Shown: positions 12,681 through 24,362, numbered from the stretch's first letter. The stretch: 64,000 nt of DNA from Octopus vulgaris (GCA_951406725.2 OX597816.1:168764001-168828000); one strand, 5' to 3'. Notes: generated from the sequence alone by a model not told the origin. A program made the numbers and translations.

Positions 12681-13779
12681 GAGGCTGCGTTGTGAGCACA
12701 CCGGAGTTCTGCTTGCTGAGCAATCTGTGATGCTCTTGTATCTGCAGTAGAAGCAGCATTACAAGCACACTGAAGCACACATTGTTCTTCTGTGTTGTTT
12801 GCCTGCAAGGAATGCAAAATGGAATAATTTTTGGGTTTTCTGCCAATGTAACTCTTGCTTTTCCGAGGCATCCTATCGAAAATCTGCAACTGAATGCAAA
12901 CTGGAAAATTTCAAATGGGATATAGGGTTTGGCATTATGTGATGTTGGCTGATAAAGAAGCAAAACTTGTGAATGAATGAATAGGCTACCAGAACTGACC
13001 AAATAGTCCTTTTTTTAGAATGTATCTGATGAATTTGATCTGTAAAATTCATAAAAATGATAACAAAAATTTGTCAAAATATCATTCTGTTATGCTTACT
13101 GATAAAAAAATAACTCATAATTTGAAATGTTGAAACTAATATTCCTTCTTCAGGAAATGGAATTAAAGAATAAATAATGGGCATGAACATGTCAAATCAA
13201 GTGAGTCACACAAAAGTCGAAAAATACAAATATATATATAACCATCCAATCGTGGCCATTTGCCAGCCTCGCCTGGCCTCCGTGCCGGTGGAACGTAAAA
13301 AGCACCATCTGATCGTGGCCGTTTGCCCGCCTCGTCTGGCACGTAAAAAGCACCCACTACACTCATGGAGTGGTTGGCGTTAGGAAGGGCATCCAGCTGT
13401 ATAAACCTTGCCAAATCAGATTGGAGCCTAATGCAGCCTCCTGACTTGCCAGTCCTCAATCAAACCTATTTCTTTACTACCCACAAGGGGCTAAACACAG
13501 AGGGGACAAACAAAGACAGACAAACCAATTAAGTCGATTATATCGACCCAAGTACGTAACTGGTACTTATTTAATTGACCCCGAAAGGATGAAAGGCAAA
13601 GTTGACCTCGGCAGAACTTGAACTCAGAACGTCAAGACAGACGAAATATGGCTACGCATTTTGCCCGGTGCGCTAACGTTTCTGCCAGCTTGCCACCTTA
13701 ATCAAACTGTCAAACCAATGCAGCATGTAAAGTGGACATTAAATGATGATGATGATAATGATGATGATATGATGATGAT

Positions 13780-14260
13780 GTCTATGTGTGTATGTGTATG
13801 ACCATATGCCTGTATATGTAGGTATGTGTATATATACATATGAGAATGTACACATGTATATGTACAAGCAGATGCATACACATATGTGTACGTGGACGTG
13901 TATGTATGCATGCATGCCTGTGTGTGTGCGTGTGTATGTATACATAAGTATGAATGTATGTGTGTGTGTATATATGTATGTATGCATAAGTATGAATGTG
14001 TGTGTGTAGATATGCATGCTGATATATATATATGTATATGTGTGCATACATGTACATATATGTAGACACATCCATATATTTTTATATATGTGTGTGAGTG
14101 TCTAAATGCATGAATATGTATGTATATGTTTATGTCTGTGCAGGCATGTACATGTCCCTGCGTGTGTGTGTACGCATGTATAGGCATATGTGTGCATGTA
14201 TGTATATCTACAATTAACTGTATGCACGCATGCATATCTGTGTATAAAGTTATATTCATC
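13780..14260. repeat. Degenerate (TA/TG/CA)n microsatellite field (also 14680-14900)
   Basis: Alternating purine-pyrimidine low-complexity sequence. Confidence 0.9.
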
Positions 14261-14679
14261 TGTACAGAAGGCGGCGAGCTGGCAGAGTGGTTAGCACACC
14301 GGGCGAAATGTGTAGCCGCATTTCGTCTGCCGTTATGTTCTGGGTTCAAATACCGCCGAGGTCGACTTTGCCTTTCATCCTTTCGGGGTTGATAAATGAA
14401 GTACCAGTTTCGCACTGGGATCGATGTAATCGACTTAATCCGTTTGTCTGTCCTTGTTTGTCCCCTCTGTGTTTAGCCCCTTGTGGGTAGTAAAGAAATA
14501 TATATTCATCTGTACATTTAGACATCAATATTTTACAAAACTGTTAAGAATAATTATACTTTCCTTGAAACTCTATAGTGTAAACACACTAATTCAAAAT
14601 TTCAATCACCAATAGGCATTGACTGATCAATATGGTTCTGTATTAATTTCTTTTTAGGAGTGATGAGTACAAAGAGTGC

Positions 14680-14717
<38 letters not shown>

Positions 14718-15316
14718 ATATATATATTTATGCATGTATGAGTATCTATGTACATATACATGTATGTATAAATATGTGTGTACGTGTGAATGCATGTACA
14801 TGTATAGGTATATGTGTATATCTCTGTGTATATATGTGGGTGTATGTATATGAATATCTGTATATATAAAAGGCAGGATGTGTGTGTGTGTGAATGTAAT
14901 TTATGCATGTCTACAAATTAGCACACATGTCGCTCCAATTTAAGGAGGACATTCATCATGATCCTAGCTCTATTTTCGTCAACTTATTTTTACCAGAGGC
15001 ACCAGCGAATAGCAGTAAAATTAAATTTCTAACCAAAACTTTTAACAATTTTCAAGTTGGAGAAATCACCATTGTTTGCAAACAGGAGTTAAGTCCCCTT
15101 CTAGCGACGAGTAAGTTTTTTGTTAAGACTTTTTGTTGATATAAGGGCAACACACACGAACATGTATGCAACAGGTTAACATACATACATGTGTGTGTGT
15201 GTGCTGCCAATATATATATATATATAGGGAGAGTTTACGAAGAAAACAACAAAAGACGAAGACAGGTGGTGTACAAAACAAACAGATGTATTAGTATAGT
15301 ATATATATATATATAT

Positions 15317-15535
15317 AAAGTTAATCCAAACAAGAAAGCACAAAAAAATACAACAACGCGAGGACGTGGAACAAATATAGTATTATTGGACGCTCAGGAA
15401 AGAAGGAAAGGAGGTGGGTTTAACGTTTCGAGTGGAGCTCTTTGTCAGAAACATAGACATAGGAGAAGGAAAGATCCAGAGAAGGGAAGACAGAGGGAAA
15501 AAAATCGCCAACGATACACATGAGGTCACATTTTG
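15317..15535 (-). mobile_element. Short Penelope-pLTR-like repeat carrying a hammerhead-like motif
   Basis: Homologous to 28718-28928; motif at 15418-15452; abuts (TA)n. Confidence 0.6.
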
Positions 15536-15574
15536 AAAGACCAGAAGGAAAAGGGTGTATGTATATATATATAT

Positions 15575-15691
15575 ATGAACCAATTTCAATGGATTTTGCC
15601 CAAATTTGACGCCAATGTTACTTAGTTTGGTTTGAAATAAAGAACTTGATTAGCTTAATAATCCTAACTTATTCCCAGGTTTTACTGCTAG
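15575..15691 (+). mobile_element. Helitron 3'-end fragment
   Basis: Reverse-complement homolog of 36919-37045; ends TACTGCTAG|T. Confidence 0.6.
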
Positions 15692-16039
15692 TATATACAT
15701 ATTTTAAAAATTTTATTCATACTTTATAAATGAATATTTTATTCTTTGATTAACTAAAAATTTACCTTATTAATATTTAACATTCTTCTATCATCTCTTC
15801 TTTATTTACGGTTCTAATTTTATATTTTCTGCTCTACTTCATCTCTAATCATAAATACATTCTAGGTTTGGTAGAAGAAACAGGATAAATAGAACTCAGT
15901 CCATGAGTAAATAAATTTTATTACTTTTAATCTGCAGAAGTTACAACGTGACTCAAGGGCCAAGAGTTTCAAGTATTATTCTTATCTGTATTTCAATATC
16001 CTGCACTTTTTTTCTTTTATGTTGAGGTATACAATAAGA

Positions 16040-16260
16040 CTCTCTTTCTCTCTTTTACTTGTTTCAGTCATTTCACTGCAGCCATGCTGGGGCACCGCCT
16101 TTAGTCGAGCAAATCGACCCCAGGACTTATTCTTTAGAAGCCTAGTGCTTATTCTATCGGTCTCTTTTGCTGAACCGCTAAGTTACGGGGACGTAAACAC
16201 ACCACCATCGGTTGTCAAGCGATGTTGGGAGGACAAACACAGACACACAAACACATACAC

Positions 16261-16318
<58 letters not shown>

Positions 16319-16445
16319 GACAGGCTTCTTTCAGTTTCCGTCTACCAAATCCACTCACAAGGCATTGGTTGGCCCAAGGCTATAGTAGACGACACTTGCC
16401 CAAGGTGCCATGTAGTGGGACTGAACCTTGAACCATGTGGTTGGT
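16040..16445 (-). mobile_element. Abundant ~400-bp tRNA-derived SINE (family A) with an internal (TA)n(TG)n tract
   Basis: Consensus GGCGCAGGAGTGGCTGTGTGGTAAG..GGGTTCAGTCCC..(TA)n..GAAACAAGTAAAAGAG. Full or partial copies at about 200-366, 17722-20195 (interrupted), 23505-23878, 26176-26592, 29025-29444, 30920-31354, 34624-34790, 35918-36262, 39850-40018, 40066-40455, 46455-46815, 48986-49344, 50460-50697, 55765-56062, 59553-59958 and 60663-60850. Confidence 0.85.
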
Positions 16446-16874
16446 TCAGTATAGAAAAGTGGTATAAAAAATGAAAATGGAAAGAAAACACAGAACCTCA
16501 CATATAGAAATGGATACACACATGCATACAACTCCTTGACACAAAGGCAAGTCATTCATAATACATGCATATGAATACACATATATTATACATAGAGTAT
16601 TGAAATGTAACACATACATTCATACAAATGCATGAGCACATACACACACTTTATCTCTTGCAATTACTCTTTTTTCTACCCACTCCATTGTGACACTAAC
16701 TAGTAAAAACAGGGACATTACAGAGCAAGGAAAACATCTTTTGTTTTGCAGAGTACAAGACTACCTCACTAGCAAATGGCTAACAAATGGAGACAATGTT
16801 GAATCAAGAGGACCATTCGTTTTGTCTTGTTCAGGATATGACTTCTTTAGTGTTGCTGGTACAATAAAATGCAC

Positions 16875-17102
16875 TTAACCCTTTCGTTACCGTATTTATT
16901 TTGGGATGCTCTATGCTTCTTTCAATTACTTTAAATATAACAAAGAATTTAGTAAAATAACTTAGTAATCATTAAGCTAGTGTTAGAAACATAAATTATG
17001 ACTAAGGTTTGGTGGAAGATTTTAATTCAAAACTTATGCAAACAAGACATTTATACTCAGAGCCAGAGCCGGTTTCAGCCGGGTTGGTAATGAAAGGGTT
17101 AA
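16875..17102 (-). mobile_element. TTAA MITE, inverted relative to the 5521 and 6249 copies
   Basis: TTAACCCTTTCGTTAC...GTAATGAAAGGGTTAA; the interior is the reverse complement of 6249-6477. Confidence 0.8.
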
Positions 17103-17464
17103 TACATTCTCAAGTGGTTGATAAAGGAAGGGCATGAAGGTGTAAAAACCAAGCCAAAACTGAAAGGAAAATTTATTTCAGAATGATTCTCATTTTGAGA
17201 GATGATTGTACTGAAACAGATCCATAAGAAGTGACCAAATTATATTTGTTTATTTAAGACAACAATAGAATGTCTTCATATCATCTCAATCTGCATAGCT
17301 AAAAGGCTTTCATGTCTACAGTTTAAGTAGTGATAAGTTAATGTTATTGCAAGTGTATAAATAATTAGAAAGAGAATGAGGTCATAATTTTCAAAAAGCA
17401 AATAATACAAACAGTATTGTAAATATTCCATCTAACTCAAAAATATTTTGTAGTATTAATTTAC

Positions 17465-17603
17465 CTTTAAACATTTTCCCATCTTGAGAAGATATCCACT
17501 CTCCATTGATATAGGCCTTGTTGTGAACAAAACTGCTGTATGAGGACATCGCTCTATAAAGATGTCTCTGAAAACCAAATGCTTTTTTGCAAATGGGTAA
17601 CAT
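17465..17603 (-). CDS. ALDH5A1: Succinate-semialdehyde dehydrogenase (mitochondrial), first coding exon
   Basis: Encodes MLPICKKAFGFQRHLYRAMSSYSSFVHNKAYINGEWISSQDGKMFK+G: a basic, acid-free transit-peptide-like start followed by the ALDH N-terminal 'AYINGEW' motif. Donor AAAG|GTAAAT (phase 1). Polypyrimidine tract and CAG immediately precede the ATG. Confidence 0.85.
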
Positions 17604-18110
17604 CTGTTAGGAAAAGAAAAATGAATTTATAAATAAACAAATGACGTTTTCAGACCTTATCAGATAGTTAAAATCAGCACTTTTCCAGAATTGCTTTACA
17701 CAAAAGATATTTCAAATATATACTCTTTTACTCTTTTACTTGTTTCAGTCATTTGACTGCGGCCATGCTGGAGCACCGCCTTTTTGTTGAGCAACTCGAC
17801 CCCGGGACTTATTCTTTGTAAGCCTAGTACTTATTCTATCGGTCTCTTTTGCCGAACCGCTAAGTTACGGGGACGTAAACACACCAGCATCGGTTGTCAA
17901 GCAATGCTAGGGGGACAAACACAGACACACAAACACACACACGCATATATATATATATATACATATATACGACAGGCTTCTTTCAGTTTCCGTCTACCAA
18001 ATCCACTCACGAGGCATTGGTTGGCCCGAGGCTATAGCAGAAGACACTTGCCCAAGATGCCACGCAGTTGGACTGAACCTGGAACCATGTGGTTGGTTAG
18101 CAAGCTACTT

Positions 18111-20156
18111 TATTTTAATAATTTGCCACTAGGGCAGCACACAGAGTAGCTACGGGCTGGACAAGGACATTAATGGATGATGGTGGTGGTTGATGAAGAT
18201 GGTGATGGGAGAAGTCAGAAAGCGCCCGCCGACTTTTGCTTCTCTAAAACAATGTTCTTTTTTTTCAATAATTTACAAAATTTCAAAAATTACAAAAATT
18301 CAAAAAATTTTCACAAAAATTTCAATTTACAATTTACACTTTTAAAAGTCTCTTCAGAGGCAATAAACCTCTGTCACAATGTAACACAATTACAATTTTA
18401 CGTTACCCGACCGATGAACTCTCTTGCTTTAATGACGCAATCGTCCATCGTCAGGCTTCCGCATACAGGTATGACTTGCAAGAGATCCTCCGGGAAAGAA
18501 TTCTCGATCCTGCACATCATTTTCGAGTAGGACCTCCGCAGCCAGCTGCGAAGGCCACTCGGGATATTCCATGCAGGACCGAAGTCCCTCCCATTGGTTT
18601 CTCTTCCTCATCTTACCTATTTCGTTTTCTACAGTGCCTCCTTTATGGAAGAGGACTACATAAAATTTCTCCGGCATCACAACCGCCGGAGGACACATGG
18701 GAGATGCCATCTGGGTGTTACAGTCCGCTGGTTGCGTCCCGTTCCTCTTTTTCTTTTTCTTTTTACGCTGGGCCTCGGGAGGTTGAGGTTCTGGTGCTAT
18801 ACGCACCGGGTCCTCTTTTTCTTCCGCAGCCTCCGGTTCCTTTGGTGGGTCGCCATTGCTCCCCACTTTTCTTTTTCTTTTGGAGGAGGATTTTTCCCCC
18901 TCCTCACTTTGTTTCTCTCCCTCCATTGGTGGGGCAGGGAGAGGCTCTGATATTAACTTCTCCAGGATCCTACTCTGGTTCCTGGGGCAGTTTTTCTTAA
19001 TGTGGCCGGTCTCCGAACACAGGTGACACTTGGGGGGGCGTCCCTCAAGCATCACCGAATACTTGGACCCGGCCATCTTCAAGAAGTCCGGCAAAACCAG
19101 ACTCTTGGCCGACTGGGTCCACAGAGTCAAAGTAGCCTTTGCCCTTTCCCAGTCAGCCGCAGGCTGCATTCTCACGTTCAGGATCTTGGCGCTACCACCA
19201 CTCAGACCCCGGCGGATGGAATCTTGCCCCCAGTCGGGCTCAAAGCCGGGCGGCAGGCCGCAGACCCATAATCGTATCAATTTTTCCCCCTTATAGCTTG
19301 GGAGAAACAGAATCTCTTCGCCCTCAATGGGCTTACTCGCGAAATCGCAAGCTGCTTTAGGGGAGTCAAACAGCAACCAAATCGTTGCGTATTTGGCTCC
19401 CTGTTGAATATGTTTAATGGCTGGCATATAGTCTGCCAGCTCGTTCATAATGGTGGCTTTCGGGAAAACCATTATGGTGTCGAGTGACCTCGAATATGTC
19501 CTCAACACCACGGTTTTGTCCTCGAGCTCCTTTAAGTACTTTTTGGGAGGTGTCAATTCCCACACAGTGAAATTCCTTGCCATAACGTAAGAAAAACAGT
19601 TCAAAATGTTACAAAATAAATTAGACACAGAAAGGAGAATGAAAAAAGCAACAGAAGGGAAGAAATAAAATTAAAATGGCAGTTCAAAAAAAAGTTCTTT
19701 TTTTTTTTACAAATGAATGATAGACGGAGAAAGAGAGTTCAAATTCAGACAAAGGAATTAATTTTTCTTTTTTTTGTTCACTTTTTCGGCCAAAAATTGT
19801 ATTCCAGGCCAAATACACTGTTGGTGAAACACCTTGGTAAAATAATCCTTGGTAAATCCCGTGGATAACACAACGACAATTTCAAAAATAATTTTTGCAG
19901 ACGGACTACGCCGCCTCAAAAACACAATTTTCTTTACACTCGACAACAGGCAGAAAAATTATATCCGGAGCAAAGTGGAGCTTTATTATCTGCTAAAAAA
20001 ATATTTAATGCTAAAAAACATTAATGCAAGTAATAAAACTTCACTTCGCTCGCAAAAATACAAAACGCCTACCTGCAATCGAGTCGAAAGTTCAACAATT
20101 CACGTTGAAACAACGTGGCATCTGGAGCAGCAAAATAACACATCTGAACAGTTCAG
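18111..20156 (-). mobile_element. ORF1-only non-LTR retroelement (HAL1/'half-LINE'-like), 2046 bp, inserted in a family-A SINE
   Basis: 17-bp TSD TGGTTAGCAAGCTACTT at 18094-18110 and 20157-20173; the SINE resumes exactly on both sides. One long ORF, an A-rich 3' end (ATTAAAATAAA), and no endonuclease/RT sequence. Confidence 0.85.
18429..19583 (-). CDS. Intact ORF1/gag-like nucleic-acid-binding protein, 384 aa from the first ATG (MARNFTVW...)
   Basis: Uninterrupted 1155-nt frame. CX2CX4HX4C knuckle in an L1/Tx1-like context (EGRPPKCHLCSETGHIKKNCP), preceded by an RRM-like region (IRLWVCGLPP) and followed by basic NLS-like tracts (KRKRK, RKKKKKKR). Confidence 0.8.
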   Translation of the reverse strand: MARNFTVWELTPPKKYLKELEDKTVVLRTYSRSLDTIMVFPKATIMNELADYMPAIKHIQQGAKYATIWLLFDSPKAACDFASKPIEGEEILFLPSYKGEKLIRLWVCGLPPGFEPDWGQDSIRRGLSGGSAKILNVRMQPAADWERAKATLTLWTQSAKSLVLPDFLKMAGSKYSVMLEGRPPKCHLCSETGHIKKNCPRNQSRILEKLISEPLPAPPMEGEKQSEEGEKSSSKRKRKVGSNGDPPKEPEAAEEKEDPVRIAPEPQPPEAQRKKKKKKRNGTQPADCNTQMASPMCPPAVVMPEKFYVVLFHKGGTVENEIGKMRKRNQWEGLRSCMEYPEWPSQLAAEVLLENDVQDREFFPGGSLASHTCMRKPDDGRLRH

Positions 20157-20622
20157 TGGTTAGCAAGCTACTTACCACACAGCCACTCCTGCACCTGTGT
20201 ATATATATATTTTTTTTTTTTCCAGCTCTATTCACATGACAAACTAAAGACCATGTCAGTTAATACAGAGGTTCCAAATACCATATGTTTGTCTTTGGCT
20301 TGATTTTTTAAAGCATTCCAACCGTGACAATACAACCTTTTTTTAAAATCATTTGAACTGTGATTATATAGTCTGTTTTTAAAAGTATTCCAATCATCAC
20401 CATCCCAAGCCTTAGTCTCCTTCATGTTACATCCTGTTTTTCTTGAAGAGCACATTAGATAATGTATTCCAAGACACACTATGCATGAAAAATAAAAAGT
20501 AGGTTGACTATGTGTGCAATGCTTTTGATCATTGATCCGTTGGGTCAGAGCTGACCTGGAGATAAGCAACAATAACTAATGAAGTGTGTGTGTGTGCGTG
20601 CATGCACATGCACACGTGATTA

Positions 20623-20810
20623 TATAGGGAGAGTTTACGAAAAAAACAAAAGATGAAGACAGGTGGTGTACAAAACAAACAGATGTATTAGTATAATGCT
20701 CAGGAATAGAAAAAGTCTTTTACGAATCGAGCCTATGCTCTTCTACAGAAAGGGACACAGAAAAAACAAGGAGAGAAAAAAGAAGAGAAAAAAAAGGAGA
20801 GAACATAAAA
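20623..20810 (-). mobile_element. Second short Penelope-pLTR-like repeat with a degenerate hammerhead-like motif
   Basis: Shares sequence with 15224-15298; motif at 20717-20752. Confidence 0.5.
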
Positions 20811-21516
20811 TATAAAAGATTATATATTGCTATTAACTAACATACAAGAAATAGCAGCTACATTTCTCATCAGTAAAAATTTTGTTGTTAATATCCATAG
20901 AAATACTGAAAAACAACTATTTTTAATGTTCCTAACATTAGCTTAATGAGAACTAAGTTATTTTACTAAATTCTTTATCATATTTAAAGTAATTGAAAGA
21001 AACACAGAGCATCTCAAAATAAATACAGTAACAAAAGGGTTAAACAATATTGTAGGGTTGGTGTGAGAGACCAGATCTGGCCAGTTTGAACATAAAACAG
21101 GCAGAATATTTTTGGCCAGATATCATCATCATCATCATCATCGTTTAACGTCTGCTTTCCATGCTAGCATAGGTTGGACGATTTTGACTGAGGGCTGGTG
21201 AACCAGATGGTTGCACCAGGCTCCAGTCTTGATCTGGCAGAGTTTCTACAGCTGGATGCCCTTCCTAACGCCAACCACTCCGAGAGTGTAGTGGGTGCTT
21301 TTTACGTGCCACCAGCACGAGGGCCAGTCAGGCAGGATTTGGAAACGACCTCGCTCAAATCTTTTTACACATGCCACCATCACAGGTGCCTCTAAGGCAA
21401 CGTTGGTAACGATCACGCTCGAATGGTGCCCTTTTATGTGCCATTGGCTGCTCTGGCAAGGAATTATGTACATTATTTATAATGGATTGACAGGTGCCAT
21501 CAACTTGTTTGATGTT

Positions 21517-21562
21517 AACACAATGTTTCGGCTGGTGTACTCTCCAGCCTTCATCAGGTGTT
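21517..21562 (-). ncRNA. Minimal type-I hammerhead-ribozyme-like motif
   Basis: aacac-CTGATGA-A-GGCTGG(agagtaca)CCAGCC-GAAA-CATT-gtgtt: 5-bp stem I, 6-bp stem II, and stem III ACAT instead of the palindromic ACGT. Confidence 0.6.
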
Positions 21563-22238
21563 CTGGTGGAATTTCACACCCAACCTTTTATTTGATCAAT
21601 GGCGTACTCCACTCTCATACCCAAGGTATTCCTTTTCTTTTTTTAGCAAAGGCTACTGACTCTTGGATTCTGAGGCCAGTTTAAATGCTAAAGGGTTAAC
21701 CAGAAGAACCACTGGAAAGATGTATGGTCATTTGAAAAGAACTAATGAAAAGACTTCCAAACTTCCAAACCATCAACTGTGTGTGGCTCAAATGGAAAAG
21801 CATCGAGAAAACTTGTGTCATATAACAACTCTTGAATAAATATTTGCATTACTGAATTTTGTTCTCCTCTTTGAAATTATACATTGGTCTTAACATTTAA
21901 AATTTTTAAATAAAATTTGAAACGAAATTTTACATCGAAATACCTTTCTTGTAGTGCAAAGAACCAATTATTAAATAATCAAGTAATGCTGAAGAAATCT
22001 ACAAAGACTGTTAAAAATCTATAATGGTCAAAAGCAGAAAATTCTTATGTCCATGCTTGTTTTTTCAGTGACTTATTGACCTATAAGTTAATTTAATCTA
22101 GAAATACATGATTGACATGATTCCAAAATTTAATGCTTTTACTAAACATCTTTACTTTTCAAATTTAAATTTCTTAGGAAAATGACAAAGTAGGCCAAAT
22201 AATTCCTAATACGTTTTGAAAATGATCCATTTAAAATA

Positions 22239-23418
22239 TTGGGTCATCCCAAAAATGATGTGGTTTTTTTCAATTGCATGAACTAAAAGTTGTAGGGGAA
22301 TGCGATAAACTATCTGCATTAACTTGCTATGAAGGCAGGTAGTAATTTTACATTGTCCTTATTCTTAGTTCAAGTTTTGAAGAGTGCAGTTCGATTTTAA
22401 CAGTTATTTTTTCAAGCTATAATGGAAGTGGCAAAGGAGCATATTTGGAACATTTTGCTTTACAAGTTCAACAAAGGAAACAACACAATGGAAAGTGCAA
22501 GGAATATTAATACAATATATGGGGATCGGACAATAAGCGGTGGTTCCAGAAATTACAGCCTAGAAGACAAGCCTCATCCTAGAAGATCTGTAGAGCTCGA
22601 TAAGGACATCCTGCAAACCCTGTCGGAACAAAATCAAATTGTAGTTGTTGAGGAACTAGCAAAGAAGTTTGGATTTGGTCAATCAACTATTCAGCAACAC
22701 CTGTGTGCCATTGGAAAAGTCAGCAAATTGGGTCAATGGGTTCCTCACAAACTTTCTGAGTCTAATCACATGCAAAGATTGAATGTGTGATCTTTGCTGT
22801 CACGTCTCATGAATGAACCCTTTTTGGGACTGAATAGTGACTGGTGACAGGAAATGGGTTCTCTTCAAGCACCGAAGACTGGGTAGGGAAAGGAGAAACA
22901 CTGGCACCCCAGGTTAAAGAAGATCTTCATCTACATAAGGTGTTGTTATCTGTTTGGGGGGATATGAAAGGTTTAGTCCACTTTGAACATTTAAACCCAA
23001 ACCAAACGAGCGGCCTAAGTCAGTGCGAGAAGAAAAACAACTATCTTTGGTTTCAAGACAAAAGGTGTTCTTCCATCAGGATAATGCTTTGCCACATACA
23101 GCAAGGATGACATTCCAGAGGCTGGAGCAGGTACCCCATCCACCATTTTAACCGGGCACTGTCCCATCTGATTATCATTTATTCCACAGAAAAAATATAA
23201 ATTATGTAGATGAGGTCAGAACAGTACTGGAGGAGTATTTTCCATCATGGACAAGTGAATTTTGGAAAAGGAGCCTTGCAAGTCTGCCAGATAGATGGAA
23301 GAGTGTTGTAGAAAAGGAAAAAGAATATATTTAAGCTTAAAAAAGAACTTCGTTTATCTTAATTTTGAAAAATAAAAGAAGTATAAAAAAAAACTGCATT
23401 ATTTATGGGATGACCCAA
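22239..23418 (+). mobile_element. Mariner transposon, decayed but with both ends
   Basis: TA|TTGGGTCATCCCA...TGGGATGACCCAA|TA terminal inverted repeats (TIRs); transposase remnants MEVAKEHIWNILLY, WVPHKL, KVLLSVWGD and FHQDNA, with stops and frameshifts. Confidence 0.9.
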
Positions 23419-24098
23419 TACATTTAAAAACCACAAAGTGGATTGCCTGAGGTACCCAAATCAACCTAATAATTGTATCCAGATCTAGTCCAGGTTGATG
23501 TATTGAGTGGCTGTGTGGTAAGTAGCTTGCTAACCAACCACATGGTTCTGGGTTCAGTCCCACTGCGTGGCATCTTGGGCAAGTGTCTTCTGCTATAGCC
23601 CCAGGCCGACCAATGACTTGTGAGTGGATTTGGTAGACGGAAACTGAAAGAAGCCTGTCATATATATGTATGAGTGTGTGTTTGTCCCCCTAGCATTGCT
23701 TGACAACCGATGCTTTTGTTTACGTCCCCGTCACTTAGCGGTTCGGCAAAAGAGACCGATAGAATAAGTACTGGGCTTACAAAGAATAAGTCCCGGGGTC
23801 GATTTGCTTGACTAAAAGGTGGTGCTCCAACATGGCCACAGTCAAAATGACTGAAAACAAGTAAAAGAGTGAAAAAGAATTATATCAAAAAAGCTTTCTG
23901 AGGAGCACCCTTAAAACTTGCCACTCATACCAAATGCTAACTTTACATTTATGCAAATACAGGTGAAGTAACATATCTGATCCCTCCAGAAAAGCATATC
24001 ACAAAACTGATATTATAGATGTTTTTGATCTAATTTGGATTCTTTGCCATCAAAATTGAATTTTTCAATTGGTGCTCAAGCCTTAAAAAAAAAAAGAA

Positions 24099-24325
24099 TT
24101 AACCCTTTAGTATTTAGACAGGCCATATCCAGCCAAAATATTTAATCTGCCTTACGTTCAAACTGACTAGATCCAGGCTGTCACACCTACCCTACAATGT
24201 TATTCTACATTAAGTAATTACACCATCAAGATCTTGAAGATATGAGATAATGCATGATTAATTCAAATCAATGGGAATCAATAAGCATTATGTTTGATAG
24301 AATAATCTGAACACTAAAGGGTTAA
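24099..24325. mobile_element. TTAA MITE, second family
   Basis: TTAACCCTTTAG...CTAAAGGGTTAA; related fragments at about 21040-21123 and 21665-21698. Confidence 0.7.
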
Positions 24326-24362
24326 ACTACATCAGCCGTAAGGGAATACATGTCTATCTTAC

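Larger units (their letters stand above)
7291..13100 (-). mobile_element. Decayed autonomous Helitron (Rep-helicase pseudogene) with nested insertions
   Basis: Collinear frameshifted fragments: MPRKSK start (12871); FLRNIRAYSSTFQMTSFG..FKVQGQIYHQIGSL; HUH Rep motifs FITFTCNPKW and EWQTRGLPHIH; CTKRYP..GYPLY; HINVEFC; PIF1-type Walker A LDAPGGTGKT (about 9280-9310); WDEATM; CNGT; NKAQGQ..SHGQLY. 3' hairpin remnant and CTAG at 7291-7294. 5' boundary approximate. Confidence 0.9.

Noticed and set aside
13702-14908. His/Thr/Ile/Tyr- and Val/Cys-rich ORFs, including the 237-aa ORF
   Set aside because: Translations of (CA/TA/TG)n microsatellites plus SINE sequence.
18476-19360. Plus-strand ORFs overlapping the zinc-knuckle ORF
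   Set aside because: Antisense shadows of a GC-rich coding sequence, with no motifs.
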